Shown here: piece by piece, positions 17,914-26,988 of the stretch | Layout of the letters: each line of letters opens with the position of its first letter | Position numbering within the stretch: position 1 is the stretch's first letter | From: a virus | DNA: 64,000 nucleotides | Reading direction: 5' to 3' (one strand) | IMG/VR virus record: IMGVR_UViG_3300017748_000002 | Span: 1-64,000 of that record | The notes under the pieces: generated by a model | Seen by the model: the letters and a program-made list of their open reading frames with translations, nothing else | Database searches by the model: none | Told to the model about the DNA's origin: nothing | Program-made: the position numbers and the translations under genes

Positions 17914-18484
17914 CTGGGACGCCGTAAGAGACGTTGCAGATCCTGCAAAAGGTGTAGAGAAATACGATATGCGTGATCTCCCTATGAGAGGAGTCATGGA
18001 TAATACTTATGATGGTGTATATAACGAACACTTCATAGAACACCTTACTCAAAAAGAAGGTATAGACTTTCTTATTGAAATGAAAAGAATTATGAAACCC
18101 GGTGGTACAATTCGTATTGTCTGGCCACCACGAGAGTTTGTTGATAAGCTACTTGGTGAATGGTCACTTACACCAGATGAAGAGTTCTTTTGCGCAGCCT
18201 ATTATAATTTTTACGTAGTCAAACACGGGTTCTGTCCACCAGAATTCCGTGATCGTTCTATTAGAGAACAGTGTGGTAGAGCTTTGTTGTGGCAACAGGG
18301 TGAACACATCTACGTATGGGGAAAGGCCGAACTGATGGAAACTCTCAAAGATTTAAAGTTTGTCATGGTGAAAGAACACAAGTACTTTGAAAGCCGTGTA
18401 CAAGACTTTAAAGGTATTGACACACCCGGAAAAATCAGACTACTACACTCAGCCGTTTTGGAGGCACAAAAGCCGTGGTCATAA
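17867..18484 (+). CDS. Class I SAM-dependent methyltransferase
   Basis: YLEIAAG, EHFIEHL, RIMKPGG.IRI..P. Confidence 0.8.
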   Translation: MARYLEIAAGAKRGLNWDAVRDVADPAKGVEKYDMRDLPMRGVMDNTYDGVYNEHFIEHLTQKEGIDFLIEMKRIMKPGGTIRIVWPPREFVDKLLGEWSLTPDEEFFCAAYYNFYVVKHGFCPPEFRDRSIREQCGRALLWQQGEHIYVWGKAELMETLKDLKFVMVKEHKYFESRVQDFKGIDTPGKIRLLHSAVLEAQKPWS

Positions 18485-18768
18485 TTACAACGTTTGAAGG
18501 CAACCAAAAAGCTTTTCACCATTATTGGCTACCACTCATGTACAAGCATCAAGAGTGCGAGTTCCGTGTAACCGGAAAATTTGTCTTTCCAAAGGACTTA
18601 AAAAATCTGAAGGTGAACTCTCTCGATGAAAGTGGTGGACCAATACTTAAATGCCCTATCAATAAGCTTCCTACTTACAGAGGCATGATTGAACTACAAA
18701 AGAAGAACAAGAACTGGATTGGTACATGCCAACAAATCGGAGAAGACTGGTTCTATGACCTCGATTAA
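18475..18768 (+). CDS. Hypothetical protein
   Basis: 97-aa ORF in the operon, overlapping both neighbours. Confidence 0.55.
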   Translation: MVIITTFEGNQKAFHHYWLPLMYKHQECEFRVTGKFVFPKDLKNLKVNSLDESGGPILKCPINKLPTYRGMIELQKKNKNWIGTCQQIGEDWFYDLD

Positions 18769-19777
18769 AGAATATCTAGTAGTAGGCGCTGGATTCTCAG
18801 GTTGCGTCATTGCACATGAACTGGCAAAAGCTGGCCATACAGTACATGTAATTGATTCAAGAGATCACATTGGCGGTAATGCGTATGATTATACTAATGA
18901 GCACGGCATACGTATTCACAAGTATGGACCACACTTATTTCATACAAACAATAAAAAGGTTTATGACTGGGTTACGCAGTTTGGTGAGTGGGTTGAATAT
19001 AGGCATAAGGCTAAAGCTGTCCTCAGCACTGGCCAATACGTTACGCTTCCAGTCAATAGAGAAACCAAAGAGATCGTTGGCGAAGACAATATTATTAGCA
19101 CGTTCTATGCCCCATACACATATAAGATGTGGGGAAAAACCATAGAAGAACTTGATCCGTCTATTATTAAAAGAGTTGCAGTAAGAGATGATGACAATGA
19201 AGAGTACTTTCCTAATGACGAGTTCCAAGTCTTACCAAAAGATGGTTATGAGGAAGTGTTCAAAAAGATTTTAGATCATAAGAATATTACAGTAGAATTG
19301 AATAAACCATTTCAAAAATACATGGAAGGTTGGTACCAACATGTGTTTAATTCAATGGCCATTGACGAGTACTATGATTACGAATATGGTGAACTGCCTT
19401 ATCGTTCTCTTAAATTTCACAATGTAGATCTACCAGTACCGAAACTGTTACCGGCCGCGGTAGTTAACTTTACACACGATGGGCCGTACACTCGAATGAC
19501 AGAGTGGAAGAATATGCCAGCACATGGTGTTAACGATACAATGACTTCTGTAACGTACGAAGAGCCATGCGACTATAAGGATAACGACTATGAGCGGTAC
19601 TATCCAGTCAAAGATATTGATGGTAGTAATAGAATCATATATAATAACTATAAGAACATAGCTAATAAAAATGTGACATTTATAGGCAGATGTGGAATGT
19701 ACGTATACGTTGATATGCATCAGGCAATCAACTCATCACTGGCAACAGTGGAAAAATTTCTGGAGAATAAAGAATGA
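18755..19777 (+). CDS. glf: UDP-galactopyranose mutase
   Basis: VVGAGFSG FAD motif, IGGNAYD, HKYGPHLFHT, YT.KMWG, LPYRSL, RYYP, GR.G.Y.Y.DM. Confidence 0.93.
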   Translation: MTSIKEYLVVGAGFSGCVIAHELAKAGHTVHVIDSRDHIGGNAYDYTNEHGIRIHKYGPHLFHTNNKKVYDWVTQFGEWVEYRHKAKAVLSTGQYVTLPVNRETKEIVGEDNIISTFYAPYTYKMWGKTIEELDPSIIKRVAVRDDDNEEYFPNDEFQVLPKDGYEEVFKKILDHKNITVELNKPFQKYMEGWYQHVFNSMAIDEYYDYEYGELPYRSLKFHNVDLPVPKLLPAAVVNFTHDGPYTRMTEWKNMPAHGVNDTMTSVTYEEPCDYKDNDYERYYPVKDIDGSNRIIYNNYKNIANKNVTFIGRCGMYVYVDMHQAINSSLATVEKFLENKE

Positions 19778-20643
19778 AAAATATAATTTACCAATACTGG
19801 AAAGGCGATATGAAGCCGGGTGTGGAATACAGCTGCAAGCTTATGAAAGAGTACGCTGATCGGATTGGTGCTGAATACAAATTTGATTTTAATACAACCA
19901 TTGCCGGTCAAGTAGTGAATGTTCCAATCTATTATGAGCCAGCCAATCCATTAGTCGATGATTCATTCGATGAATACGACAATGTGATGCTATGCGATGT
20001 TGATGTTTTTCCTACCGAAGGCTTGTCAGATAATATCTTTGATTTGTTAGACGGTGAAGATGCTGGTATCTGTACAGAGCCAAAGCAGCCGTACTTCAGA
20101 ACGATATATAATTCTGGTGGCATCAATAGTAAGATCGATAAAGAATGGGCTGAGGTCTGTAAGAAACATTGGGGTGTAGAATATCCAGTAGATGAAAAGC
20201 AAAGGCCTGAAGTATTCAATACTGGAGTTGTTGTTATCTCAAAAGCTGGTCTGGCAAAGATGAAGTCTGAATGGCCAACATTCCAAGAGTACGTTGATCG
20301 GATGAATGGCTTTCCTAAATTCTACAAATTGTTTCAAGACTATTTCTCAGCGTTTATCCATTTACCGGGATTTAATTTAAAGCGGTTACCAAACGAATGG
20401 AATTGCTATATGCATAAAGTAGGTTCTCATCCGAATGCAAAGATTGGTGATAACAGGCCTGAAAATGCTAAGTTAGTCCACATCATGTTTCGTACTGCCG
20501 ATGATTGGCCTACTGATGTTCTTTGGAGGATAACAAATAAGCCAATTGCTGAATGGGATCTTCCACTACATAAAGAATGGCCTAATGATCCACCTCGAGA
20601 AAGTAATAGCCTTTTAGATCAATTGGCAAATATTAATGCGTAG
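19774..20643 (+). CDS. Glycosyltransferase, GT-A fold
   Basis: CDVD DxD, FNTGVV, QD, EWN, VH motifs; paralogue-like to 17113. Confidence 0.72.
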   Translation: MKNIIYQYWKGDMKPGVEYSCKLMKEYADRIGAEYKFDFNTTIAGQVVNVPIYYEPANPLVDDSFDEYDNVMLCDVDVFPTEGLSDNIFDLLDGEDAGICTEPKQPYFRTIYNSGGINSKIDKEWAEVCKKHWGVEYPVDEKQRPEVFNTGVVVISKAGLAKMKSEWPTFQEYVDRMNGFPKFYKLFQDYFSAFIHLPGFNLKRLPNEWNCYMHKVGSHPNAKIGDNRPENAKLVHIMFRTADDWPTDVLWRITNKPIAEWDLPLHKEWPNDPPRESNSLLDQLANINA

Positions 20644-20803
20644 AGATAAACCGGCTGATCCAGCACAGTATATTAAGGTAAGAATGGGTCAACTGTTAGA
20701 TGAATCAAATAAATGCAGTGATGCGTATGATGCTCAATGGTACAATAGAATAGCAGAAGAACTTAATTGGGTATTGAAATTTTTGGAGAAGAAGAATGAT
20801 TAA
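20636..20803 (+). CDS. Hypothetical micro-protein (55 aa)
   Basis: Hand translation MRRDKPADPAQYIKVRMGQLLDESNKC...WYNRIAEELNWV; overlaps both neighbours. Confidence 0.55.
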   Translation: MRRDKPADPAQYIKVRMGQLLDESNKCSDAYDAQWYNRIAEELNWVLKFLEKKND

Positions 20804-21365
20804 TGCTGAACTCAGTCATGTGACTACACTTGAAGAATTTTATGAATCAATTCGATCTCAACAAGAAGCTGCTCATGGAAACGACTATTGTGCAATGCAT
20901 GATACTATTAATGAATTGGTTCAAGACTGTAATTCCTATAAAGAATTAGGTGTACACCAAGGCGGTACACTTGCAAATGCTCTTCTTCAACCTACGATTA
21001 AATACGTAGAAGGTGTTGATATTGACATGCATCGATATAAGAAATTCCTTCAGCCAATTGCAGAACAATATGCTAAAGATAATAAAAAGATTCTGAAAAT
21101 AAGAGAAGTTGATTCAACCGGTATTGACTCTCTTGGCTATTCAACTGACATTCTAGTAATTGATTCTTACCATAAAGCCTTTCATATGGAGAAAGAATTA
21201 GAGCGGCACGGTCAGTACGCCAAGAAGTATATTGCTGCACATGATACTCATCTACCAGACGATCAATTATACTGGTGTCTCGCAAATTGGGCTGCAGAGA
21301 ATGGTTGGACCGTTGTGACAAGAAGTAAAGAAAACGTTGGATTTACGGTGATACAGCGTGACTAA
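20796..21365 (+). CDS. Class I SAM-dependent methyltransferase (Methyltransf_24-like)
   Basis: ELGVHQGGT, GVDID, DILVIDSYH, HDT motifs. Confidence 0.75.
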   Translation: MINAELSHVTTLEEFYESIRSQQEAAHGNDYCAMHDTINELVQDCNSYKELGVHQGGTLANALLQPTIKYVEGVDIDMHRYKKFLQPIAEQYAKDNKKILKIREVDSTGIDSLGYSTDILVIDSYHKAFHMEKELERHGQYAKKYIAAHDTHLPDDQLYWCLANWAAENGWTVVTRSKENVGFTVIQRD

Positions 21366-22032
21366 TATTATATTACAACACTTCGATGGTAAACTGAGGC
21401 CACTCGACGAGCTATCAAAGACCAATATTGAAGCATATGCTAAGATGGTTGGTGCTGACTACGAGTTAGTTACAGGTAAACCATTTCGTTCTCATCTGAC
21501 TTCTCCATGCCAAAAGGTATACATGTTAGATGAAAGATATGATAAATACAATCAGGTTCTCATGCTTGATATTGACATGTTTGCTCCTATTGGTATGAAA
21601 GAAAATGTGTTTGATCTTCAAGGTGTAGGTCTCTATGCAGATACACAGAGCATGCTCCATCGAAAGATAGCCGCCACTAATCCAATGTTTGCGAGTCTCA
21701 AAGCTGCATACTGGGGTGGTGCCATCTATAAGATGGATAGACCAATGAGACAAAAACTACGTAGACACTTCGGTGGTGATGAATCGTGGATGAATCCGTA
21801 TAATAAGTTATATCAATTCGAGGATGAAGGCATTATGCACACTCTTGCAATGCTATCGAATTACAGGCATAATCCTGAAATGTATCTTGATCGTAAGTGG
21901 TGTCAATGTTCTTTCTTACCAAATCCCGAAAAGGCTGGTTTTATTCATGTAAGAACAAAGATTACGCCACAAGGACCAAAGCGAGAAAAGATGGAAAACT
22001 GGCAAGAACTACATGATAAAGGTATCCTATGA
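21358..22032 (+). CDS. Glycosyltransferase, GT-A fold
   Basis: QK, MLDID DxD, GG, DEG, FIH motifs. Confidence 0.65.
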   Translation: MTNIILQHFDGKLRPLDELSKTNIEAYAKMVGADYELVTGKPFRSHLTSPCQKVYMLDERYDKYNQVLMLDIDMFAPIGMKENVFDLQGVGLYADTQSMLHRKIAATNPMFASLKAAYWGGAIYKMDRPMRQKLRRHFGGDESWMNPYNKLYQFEDEGIMHTLAMLSNYRHNPEMYLDRKWCQCSFLPNPEKAGFIHVRTKITPQGPKREKMENWQELHDKGIL

Positions 22033-22724
22033 TCAATGCATACGTAATACGAATGTTTAATGATGAGATCTCTAATCGTGCCGTCTATAAGCTAGAAGAT
22101 TCTCTACCAACCAATGTAAAGCTTATTGAGTTTGATGCAATTAAACCAACTCAAGTCAAGAGGCTTATGGAAAAGCATAGAGTTCATTGGAATTATCCGT
22201 GGAATGGAGAACACCACGATATTGCGTCAGGCCTTATCAAAAAAGCATATCCGACAAAGGTAGCAAATAAAAGGATTGCATGTTTCCTTTCTCACTATCT
22301 TCTATGGCAAAGATGTATTAAGTATGATGAGCCAATCATTATACATGAACACGACGCCATTTACTTTAATGCTACACCATTACCAATCGAAGATTTTGCA
22401 CAATCTTACTACGATATTATTGGTTTGAATGATCCACGTAATGCTACAAGGCTTGCTGCAGTCTATGATCGTGTGGTACAAGAATCTGAAGGAGATATTG
22501 TACGTGCTCCTGTCATTGATCAACAGATGATCCCTCAGGGAATCGCCGGCAATAGTTCCTATTACATTAATCCACGAGGTGCACGAGAAATGGTGTCTCT
22601 GACTTCACGGTATGGCGCATGGCCAAATGATGCTCTGATGTGCAGGCAATTAGTACCAAAGCTTGGCCAGACTAAAAACTATTATACATATGTACAAGGG
22701 CTAGGAAGTACTACATCATCATGA
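22029..22724 (+). CDS. Glycosyltransferase family 25-like
   Basis: AYVI, FDAI, IACFLSHYLLW, IIHEHDA, SYYINP.GA, ND. Confidence 0.8.
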   Translation: MINAYVIRMFNDEISNRAVYKLEDSLPTNVKLIEFDAIKPTQVKRLMEKHRVHWNYPWNGEHHDIASGLIKKAYPTKVANKRIACFLSHYLLWQRCIKYDEPIIIHEHDAIYFNATPLPIEDFAQSYYDIIGLNDPRNATRLAAVYDRVVQESEGDIVRAPVIDQQMIPQGIAGNSSYYINPRGAREMVSLTSRYGAWPNDALMCRQLVPKLGQTKNYYTYVQGLGSTTSS

Positions 22725-23368
22725 AATCCTTTGTTATTACGATTAAAGACAATAAAGAGTCTGTTGAAGCTGCAAAGCTATGTATCAAATCAGCTGCTCG
22801 GTTTGGTATTACTGTAGAACACCATTGGGCCAATACACCAGAAACTCTTGACATTCATGAATGGTTTAGAGAACGTTCGATTCCTGATCAGTTTTTCCAT
22901 GAAGAATATTCACGACTTGAGAACTGCATGTGTGCCTTCTCTTCGCACTATACTCTATGGCAAGAGTGCATGAAAGCAAATACACCTTTCCTTATCTTTG
23001 AACATGACGCAGTTGTAGTGGACAAGATCCCGTTAGTTACTCGAGGCCATATTGTTAATTTTGGTAAGCCATCATATGGAAAATATGAGATTCCAAACTT
23101 TGTTGGCGAGTCAAAAATGTTTTCAAAAGAATATTTACCGGGAGCACATGCATACAAAATAACTCCGACTGGAGCAAATGAATTAATTGTAAGAGTGCCA
23201 TTTGAAGCAGGACCTACTGATCTCTATATACATAATCAAAGGTTCCCAGGTATGATTAGTGAAGTCTATCCTTGGCCAGTTGAAGTACATGAAACATTTA
23301 CCACAATCCAAAGAAAACTGGGTTGTTATGCGAAACATCAATACAATGAAAAATACCAAGTTATATGA
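22721..23368 (+). CDS. Glycosyltransferase family 25-like
   Basis: SFVI, CAFSSHYTLW, LIFEHDA, GAHAY.ITP.GA, PTD. Confidence 0.8.
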   Translation: MKSFVITIKDNKESVEAAKLCIKSAARFGITVEHHWANTPETLDIHEWFRERSIPDQFFHEEYSRLENCMCAFSSHYTLWQECMKANTPFLIFEHDAVVVDKIPLVTRGHIVNFGKPSYGKYEIPNFVGESKMFSKEYLPGAHAYKITPTGANELIVRVPFEAGPTDLYIHNQRFPGMISEVYPWPVEVHETFTTIQRKLGCYAKHQYNEKYQVI

Positions 23369-23996
23369 TAAAGCCTTCTTAACAGGGGCTGATTTAAATA
23401 CAGAATGGATGCTTCCTTGGTTCTTTGAGAATTACAAGAAGCACAATAATACTCCATTAATCTTTGCAGACTTTGGTGTCATTGATCGAGATGCAATTGC
23501 GCCACATGTGCATGCAATTATAGACATGACAAAGGTGGAAGAAAAAGGCTGGTTTAAAAAGCCAAAAGCACTAGTCCATGCACCTGCAACAAAAACAGTC
23601 TGGATCGATAGTGATTGCCAAATCAAATCTGATATCTCTGGCATCTTTGATTTACTCCTTCCAAATAAATTAAATATGGTTGAGGATCTACCATGGGCAA
23701 AACGTCGTGGTGGAGTACAATTTAATTCAGGTGTTGTAGGTATTATTGACAAGCCTTTGATTCTTGGCATGTGGGCTAATTGGGTAAAAGAGAACCCAAG
23801 TGTAGGAGATCAAGAGACTCTTACCGAGAACCTCAATCCTATTACACAAATGACATATATAAATGCATTGCCAAACGAATATAACTGGCTCAGACTACAG
23901 ATTGAAAACGACAATCAACCTGCAACAAATGCTAGAGTTATTCATTGGACCGGCCAAAAAGGAAAAGATCGCATTAGGAGTATGATGAATGGCTAG
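23346..23996 (+). CDS. Glycosyltransferase, GT-A fold (GT8-like)
   Basis: W.KKP, WIDSD, FNSGV, GDQE, YNW, VIHWTG..GK. Confidence 0.72.
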   Translation: MKNTKLYDKAFLTGADLNTEWMLPWFFENYKKHNNTPLIFADFGVIDRDAIAPHVHAIIDMTKVEEKGWFKKPKALVHAPATKTVWIDSDCQIKSDISGIFDLLLPNKLNMVEDLPWAKRRGGVQFNSGVVGIIDKPLILGMWANWVKENPSVGDQETLTENLNPITQMTYINALPNEYNWLRLQIENDNQPATNARVIHWTGQKGKDRIRSMMNG

Positions 23997-24690
23997 AGTA
24001 GTACACGTAATAGGAAATGGAGACTCTGCAAGTCTTTATGAAAGACATAAGAGAGCAGGACTTAAGTTGTGTTGCAATCAAATTCCATTTGAAGTACCTG
24101 ATAAGTGGGCTACGGTAATGGTCGACTTTAAGATGATGGATGCTCTGACTCGTGGATTTAAAGGAGATCAAACCGGTTTACATATTGCAGGTAACTGGGT
24201 TCTAGGTTTTAGACCAAAGAAATGGATGGAGGATAGACCAACCTTTCATATGGCAAAAGCTTCACAGATTCGTGAATTCTATACAGATCTTCCTCGATAC
24301 ACCTGGGACAGAAAAAAAGGTGAGGATATGGGCCTGGGATATACTAACTGGAACTGCGGTCATATGGCTACTCACTATGCATGTAACAGACTCAAGGCTG
24401 ATGAAGTTCACATGTATGGCTTTGATTCTATCTTTGATTTCAACATGAATTCATTTACAGATCTTGTATTACAGTCTGATCGTGGTCTTATGAACAACCA
24501 ACGTTTGTCATCTAACTGGAGACCAATCTGGGAAAACCTCTTCAAAGAGTTTCCAAATACAAAGTTCAAATTACACTACTTCCATAATGCATTTAAGATT
24601 AAAGCACCGGACAATATAGAAGCAATTGTTTATTCAAAGAAAACTACCAAAGAAGCAGAAGTTAACTTTGATCAAATATCAGAAGCCTGA
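23989..24690 (+). CDS. Glycosyltransferase-like protein (GT29/Maf-like N-terminus)
   Basis: VHVIGNGDS, CN, NCGH.A, EVHMYGFD motifs. Confidence 0.55.
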   Translation: MARVVHVIGNGDSASLYERHKRAGLKLCCNQIPFEVPDKWATVMVDFKMMDALTRGFKGDQTGLHIAGNWVLGFRPKKWMEDRPTFHMAKASQIREFYTDLPRYTWDRKKGEDMGLGYTNWNCGHMATHYACNRLKADEVHMYGFDSIFDFNMNSFTDLVLQSDRGLMNNQRLSSNWRPIWENLFKEFPNTKFKLHYFHNAFKIKAPDNIEAIVYSKKTTKEAEVNFDQISEA

Positions 24691-24842
24691 TCGTTGAGAT
24701 ACGTAATGGCAGATGTAGTGTGTTGCTTAAACTCATCGAGCTCGTCATTCAGTGCAACAACTCTTTTACGAAGATAATTAATCTCTCGTTGCATTTCACG
24801 TATTTCTTTCTTATAAAGTTCTTCTCGTGTTATTTGTTCCAT
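24672..24842 (-). CDS. Coiled-coil micro-protein (56 aa)
   Basis: Hand translation MEQITREELYKKEIREMQREINYLRKRVVALNDELDEFK...; overlaps end of upstream minus-strand gene. Confidence 0.55.
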   Translation of the reverse strand: MEQITREELYKKEIREMQREINYLRKRVVALNDELDEFKQHTTSAITYLNDQASDI

Positions 24843-25195
24843 TTTTCTAATAGCTCCTCTTGTAATTTATATGCTTCAATCTCAGTCGGTTTTTCATAGT
24901 ACGGTATCTCATCGCTATCCTCTATCCCACGCTCTGCCTGCCTTACATGCACCATTTCATGCCAAAGACAAGTTAACATATCTTCGGTATTAAGATCTGG
25001 ATTAATCTCTATCTCATGAACGTTCTTATCTGTACATATATGCCAACCACAAGCAGAATCACCGGTATCACACAATGTAATAGTTACATCAAGGTTCTTC
25101 TTTCGAGGCATAAGCTCTTTGAGTCCGAACAGAAAAGCTTCTTCGAGTAAATTAATCTTACAACTATCGGCGTGCAAAATATCAAATGTAATCAT
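24830..25195 (-). CDS. Zincin-like metallopeptidase (HExxH)
   Basis: LWHEMVHVRQ and downstream P.EIEAY. Confidence 0.7.
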   Translation of the reverse strand: MITFDILHADSCKINLLEEAFLFGLKELMPRKKNLDVTITLCDTGDSACGWHICTDKNVHEIEINPDLNTEDMLTCLWHEMVHVRQAERGIEDSDEIPYYEKPTEIEAYKLQEELLEKWNK

Positions 25196-25228
25196 AGTAT
25201 ACCTTCCCTCATTAGCTAAACTCTATTA

Positions 25229-25269
25229 ATTATACCATATCTGGCGGAAAAGTACACAAAAAAATGAGC
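25229..25269 (-). promoter_or_regulatory. Early promoter (minus strand) with GCTCA-N8 element
   Basis: Reverse complement GCTCA-TTTTTTTG-TGTACT, 16 nt, TGnTATAAT. Confidence 0.65.
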
Positions 25270-25284
25270 GAATGAAACAAAAAT

Positions 25285-25318
25285 GTTTAACAAAACTGTA
25301 ACATTACGAGAGCACAAT
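25285..25318 (+). promoter_or_regulatory. Pho-box-like site and -10 upstream of Na/Pi transporter
   Basis: GTTTAAC-AAAA-CTGTAAC (11-bp period), 10 nt, CACAAT. Confidence 0.5.
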
Positions 25319-25354
25319 ATCTTATAGATATATTTTTAAACGTAGAGGAAGCTA

Positions 25355-25822
25355 ATGGATAAGCTCTGGAAAAAGGTAAAAAAAATGGATTTAGGTAATC
25401 CCGTAATTACAGCTATTGTAGGATTGATTATATTCTACATCGGTCTCAAGACGTTCTCTGGTGGAATGAAATCAATGGGGAATATGGAACATCTATCATG
25501 GTTCACAGGTAATGTGATCTATATGTTTATTGGTGGTATTGTCATGACACTCTTATGGCAATCAAGTTCATTATCAACAACAGCAATTATTGCACTTGTT
25601 GCATCCGGAGCAGTTCCATTACCAGCCGCAATAGCAGCGGTACTTGGAGCCAATATAGGAACTACCGGCACCATATGGTTAGCCGGTTTTTTAGTCTCTG
25701 ATGGTTATCCAAAAGGTGATACGCTGCGAATAGCAATGGCCCATACTGGTATGAATCTTATGATGGCAATTATGTTACTTCCATGGGTGCATCATATAGG
25801 ACGTTTCCTCTCTCGATTCTAA
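25355..25822 (+). CDS. Na+/Pi cotransporter family protein (single repeat, NptA/SLC34-like)
   Basis: LWQSSSLST and GANIGTT signature motifs, hydrophobic helices. Confidence 0.85.
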   Translation: MDKLWKKVKKMDLGNPVITAIVGLIIFYIGLKTFSGGMKSMGNMEHLSWFTGNVIYMFIGGIVMTLLWQSSSLSTTAIIALVASGAVPLPAAIAAVLGANIGTTGTIWLAGFLVSDGYPKGDTLRIAMAHTGMNLMMAIMLLPWVHHIGRFLSRF

Positions 25823-25832
25823 AAAAAAAATA

Positions 25833-25956
25833 AAAAAAGTGAGCAGAAAATGACAAGTGATTGATTTCATTAGATTTTTCTGCTCACTTTTTTGTTTACA
25901 ATGGTTTCGATACATGTTATAATGTATATACAAAATGAGGAAAAGAGGAGTCCAAA
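25833..25956 (+). repeat. Promoter cassette copy 1: 18-bp inverted repeat, IHF-like site, early promoter, RBS
   Basis: AAAAAAGTGAGCAGAAAA (25833-25850) and TTTTCTGCTCACTTTTTT (25876-25893); TTTACA 25895, TATAAT 25918; near-duplicate at 26971-27080. Confidence 0.8.
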
Positions 25957-26232
25957 ATGTTTTTAGAAAATCTTACAAAGCTTGAAAAGAATCTTTGGAA
26001 CAGCCATGTTGAGTTTGTTGGTGTTGACCATGATATGGCTGAAATGTATGCCGAAGATCGTAACGATGTTCTCGAAGTAAAGAGTCGTTTCAATAAAGGT
26101 CACATGGGTTCGCTTAAAAGCTTCATTGATTGTATGGATACACATCCTCGCGAAGGTGTTGTTATCGCTTTTGCTAAAGATCTTGGCAACGATTGGGTTC
26201 TTAATAATCTTGGATATGAGGTACGTGTATAA
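25957..26232 (+). CDS. Hypothetical early protein
   Basis: 91 aa behind promoter and GAGGAG RBS. Confidence 0.7.
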   Translation: MFLENLTKLEKNLWNSHVEFVGVDHDMAEMYAEDRNDVLEVKSRFNKGHMGSLKSFIDCMDTHPREGVVIAFAKDLGNDWVLNNLGYEVRV

Positions 26233-26312
26233 TGACTAAGTTCGAATTGATCTTTGGTGGTATCACTTTTATGTTGGCTATGGCTGCACTTCCAATTTTG
26301 TTGATCTGGTAG
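26232..26312 (+). CDS. Single-TM micro-peptide (26 aa)
   Basis: MTKFELIFGGITFMLAMAALPILLIW; TAATG-coupled. Confidence 0.45.
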   Translation: MTKFELIFGGITFMLAMAALPILLIW

Positions 26313-26323
26313 AGGAGTAACCT

Positions 26324-26569
26324 ATGACTAATGAATACGGTATGAATGTTGAAGGCACTAAACGGTATGACACACGTCATGGTGGTGCATATGATCGTGG
26401 TTCTGCAGATAGCTATTACCACCGTCCACGTAGGCCTCATTATTTTGAAGGTGGCACTAATAAGTCAAATCATATTCCAGAAGAATTGATGTCTAATGAT
26501 GAGATCGAAGCTTATAATGCAGGTTATGAATACAACGAAGAAACAGGTGATAAGAAGGATTGGGGTTAA
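26324..26569 (+). CDS. Conserved phage hypothetical protein
   Basis: RHGGAYDRGSADSYY.R...PHY motif; GAGGAG RBS. Confidence 0.7.
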   Translation: MTNEYGMNVEGTKRYDTRHGGAYDRGSADSYYHRPRRPHYFEGGTNKSNHIPEELMSNDEIEAYNAGYEYNEETGDKKDWG

Positions 26570-26815
26570 GTGAAGAATCCTATTGCGAAATATCTGATGT
26601 GTGCATATGCCTATTATGTAGAGGATGATCCATTGATCTCTGACGCTGAGTTTGACGAATTAGCTCAGTATCTACTTGATAACTGGGATGATGTAGACCA
26701 TAGACATAAGCGATATATTTCAAAGTCTGATCTCAAAGCTGGTACCTTTCTAGGTAACTATCCATCAATGGTACAAGGAGCAGTTAAATCATGGCGCATA
26801 AGTCAGAATTCATAG
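26570..26815 (+). CDS. Stand-alone NAD-dependent DNA ligase subdomain Ia-like protein
   Basis: AYAYYVEDDPLISDAEFDEL matches LigA Ia motif Y..YY..D.P.ISD.EYD.L. Confidence 0.7.
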   Translation: MKNPIAKYLMCAYAYYVEDDPLISDAEFDELAQYLLDNWDDVDHRHKRYISKSDLKAGTFLGNYPSMVQGAVKSWRISQNS

Positions 26816-26988
26816 AAACAAAGAACCATCCATTTGTCGGAGTCAAGTGGCCAGTAACTGGTTCAAAGGGCGATCAATACTACGTAGAGATGGTTGACTA
26901 CGGTTTTGATTGTACTTGTATTGCCTATCGTAAGTGTAAACATATCAAGGAAGTTGAATTAAAATTAAAAAAAATGACAAGTTATTGA
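26791..26988 (+). CDS. SWIM zinc-finger micro-protein
   Basis: V.GSKG..Y.V...CTC....RKCKHI. Confidence 0.75.
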   Translation: MAHKSEFIETKNHPFVGVKWPVTGSKGDQYYVEMVDYGFDCTCIAYRKCKHIKEVELKLKKMTSY

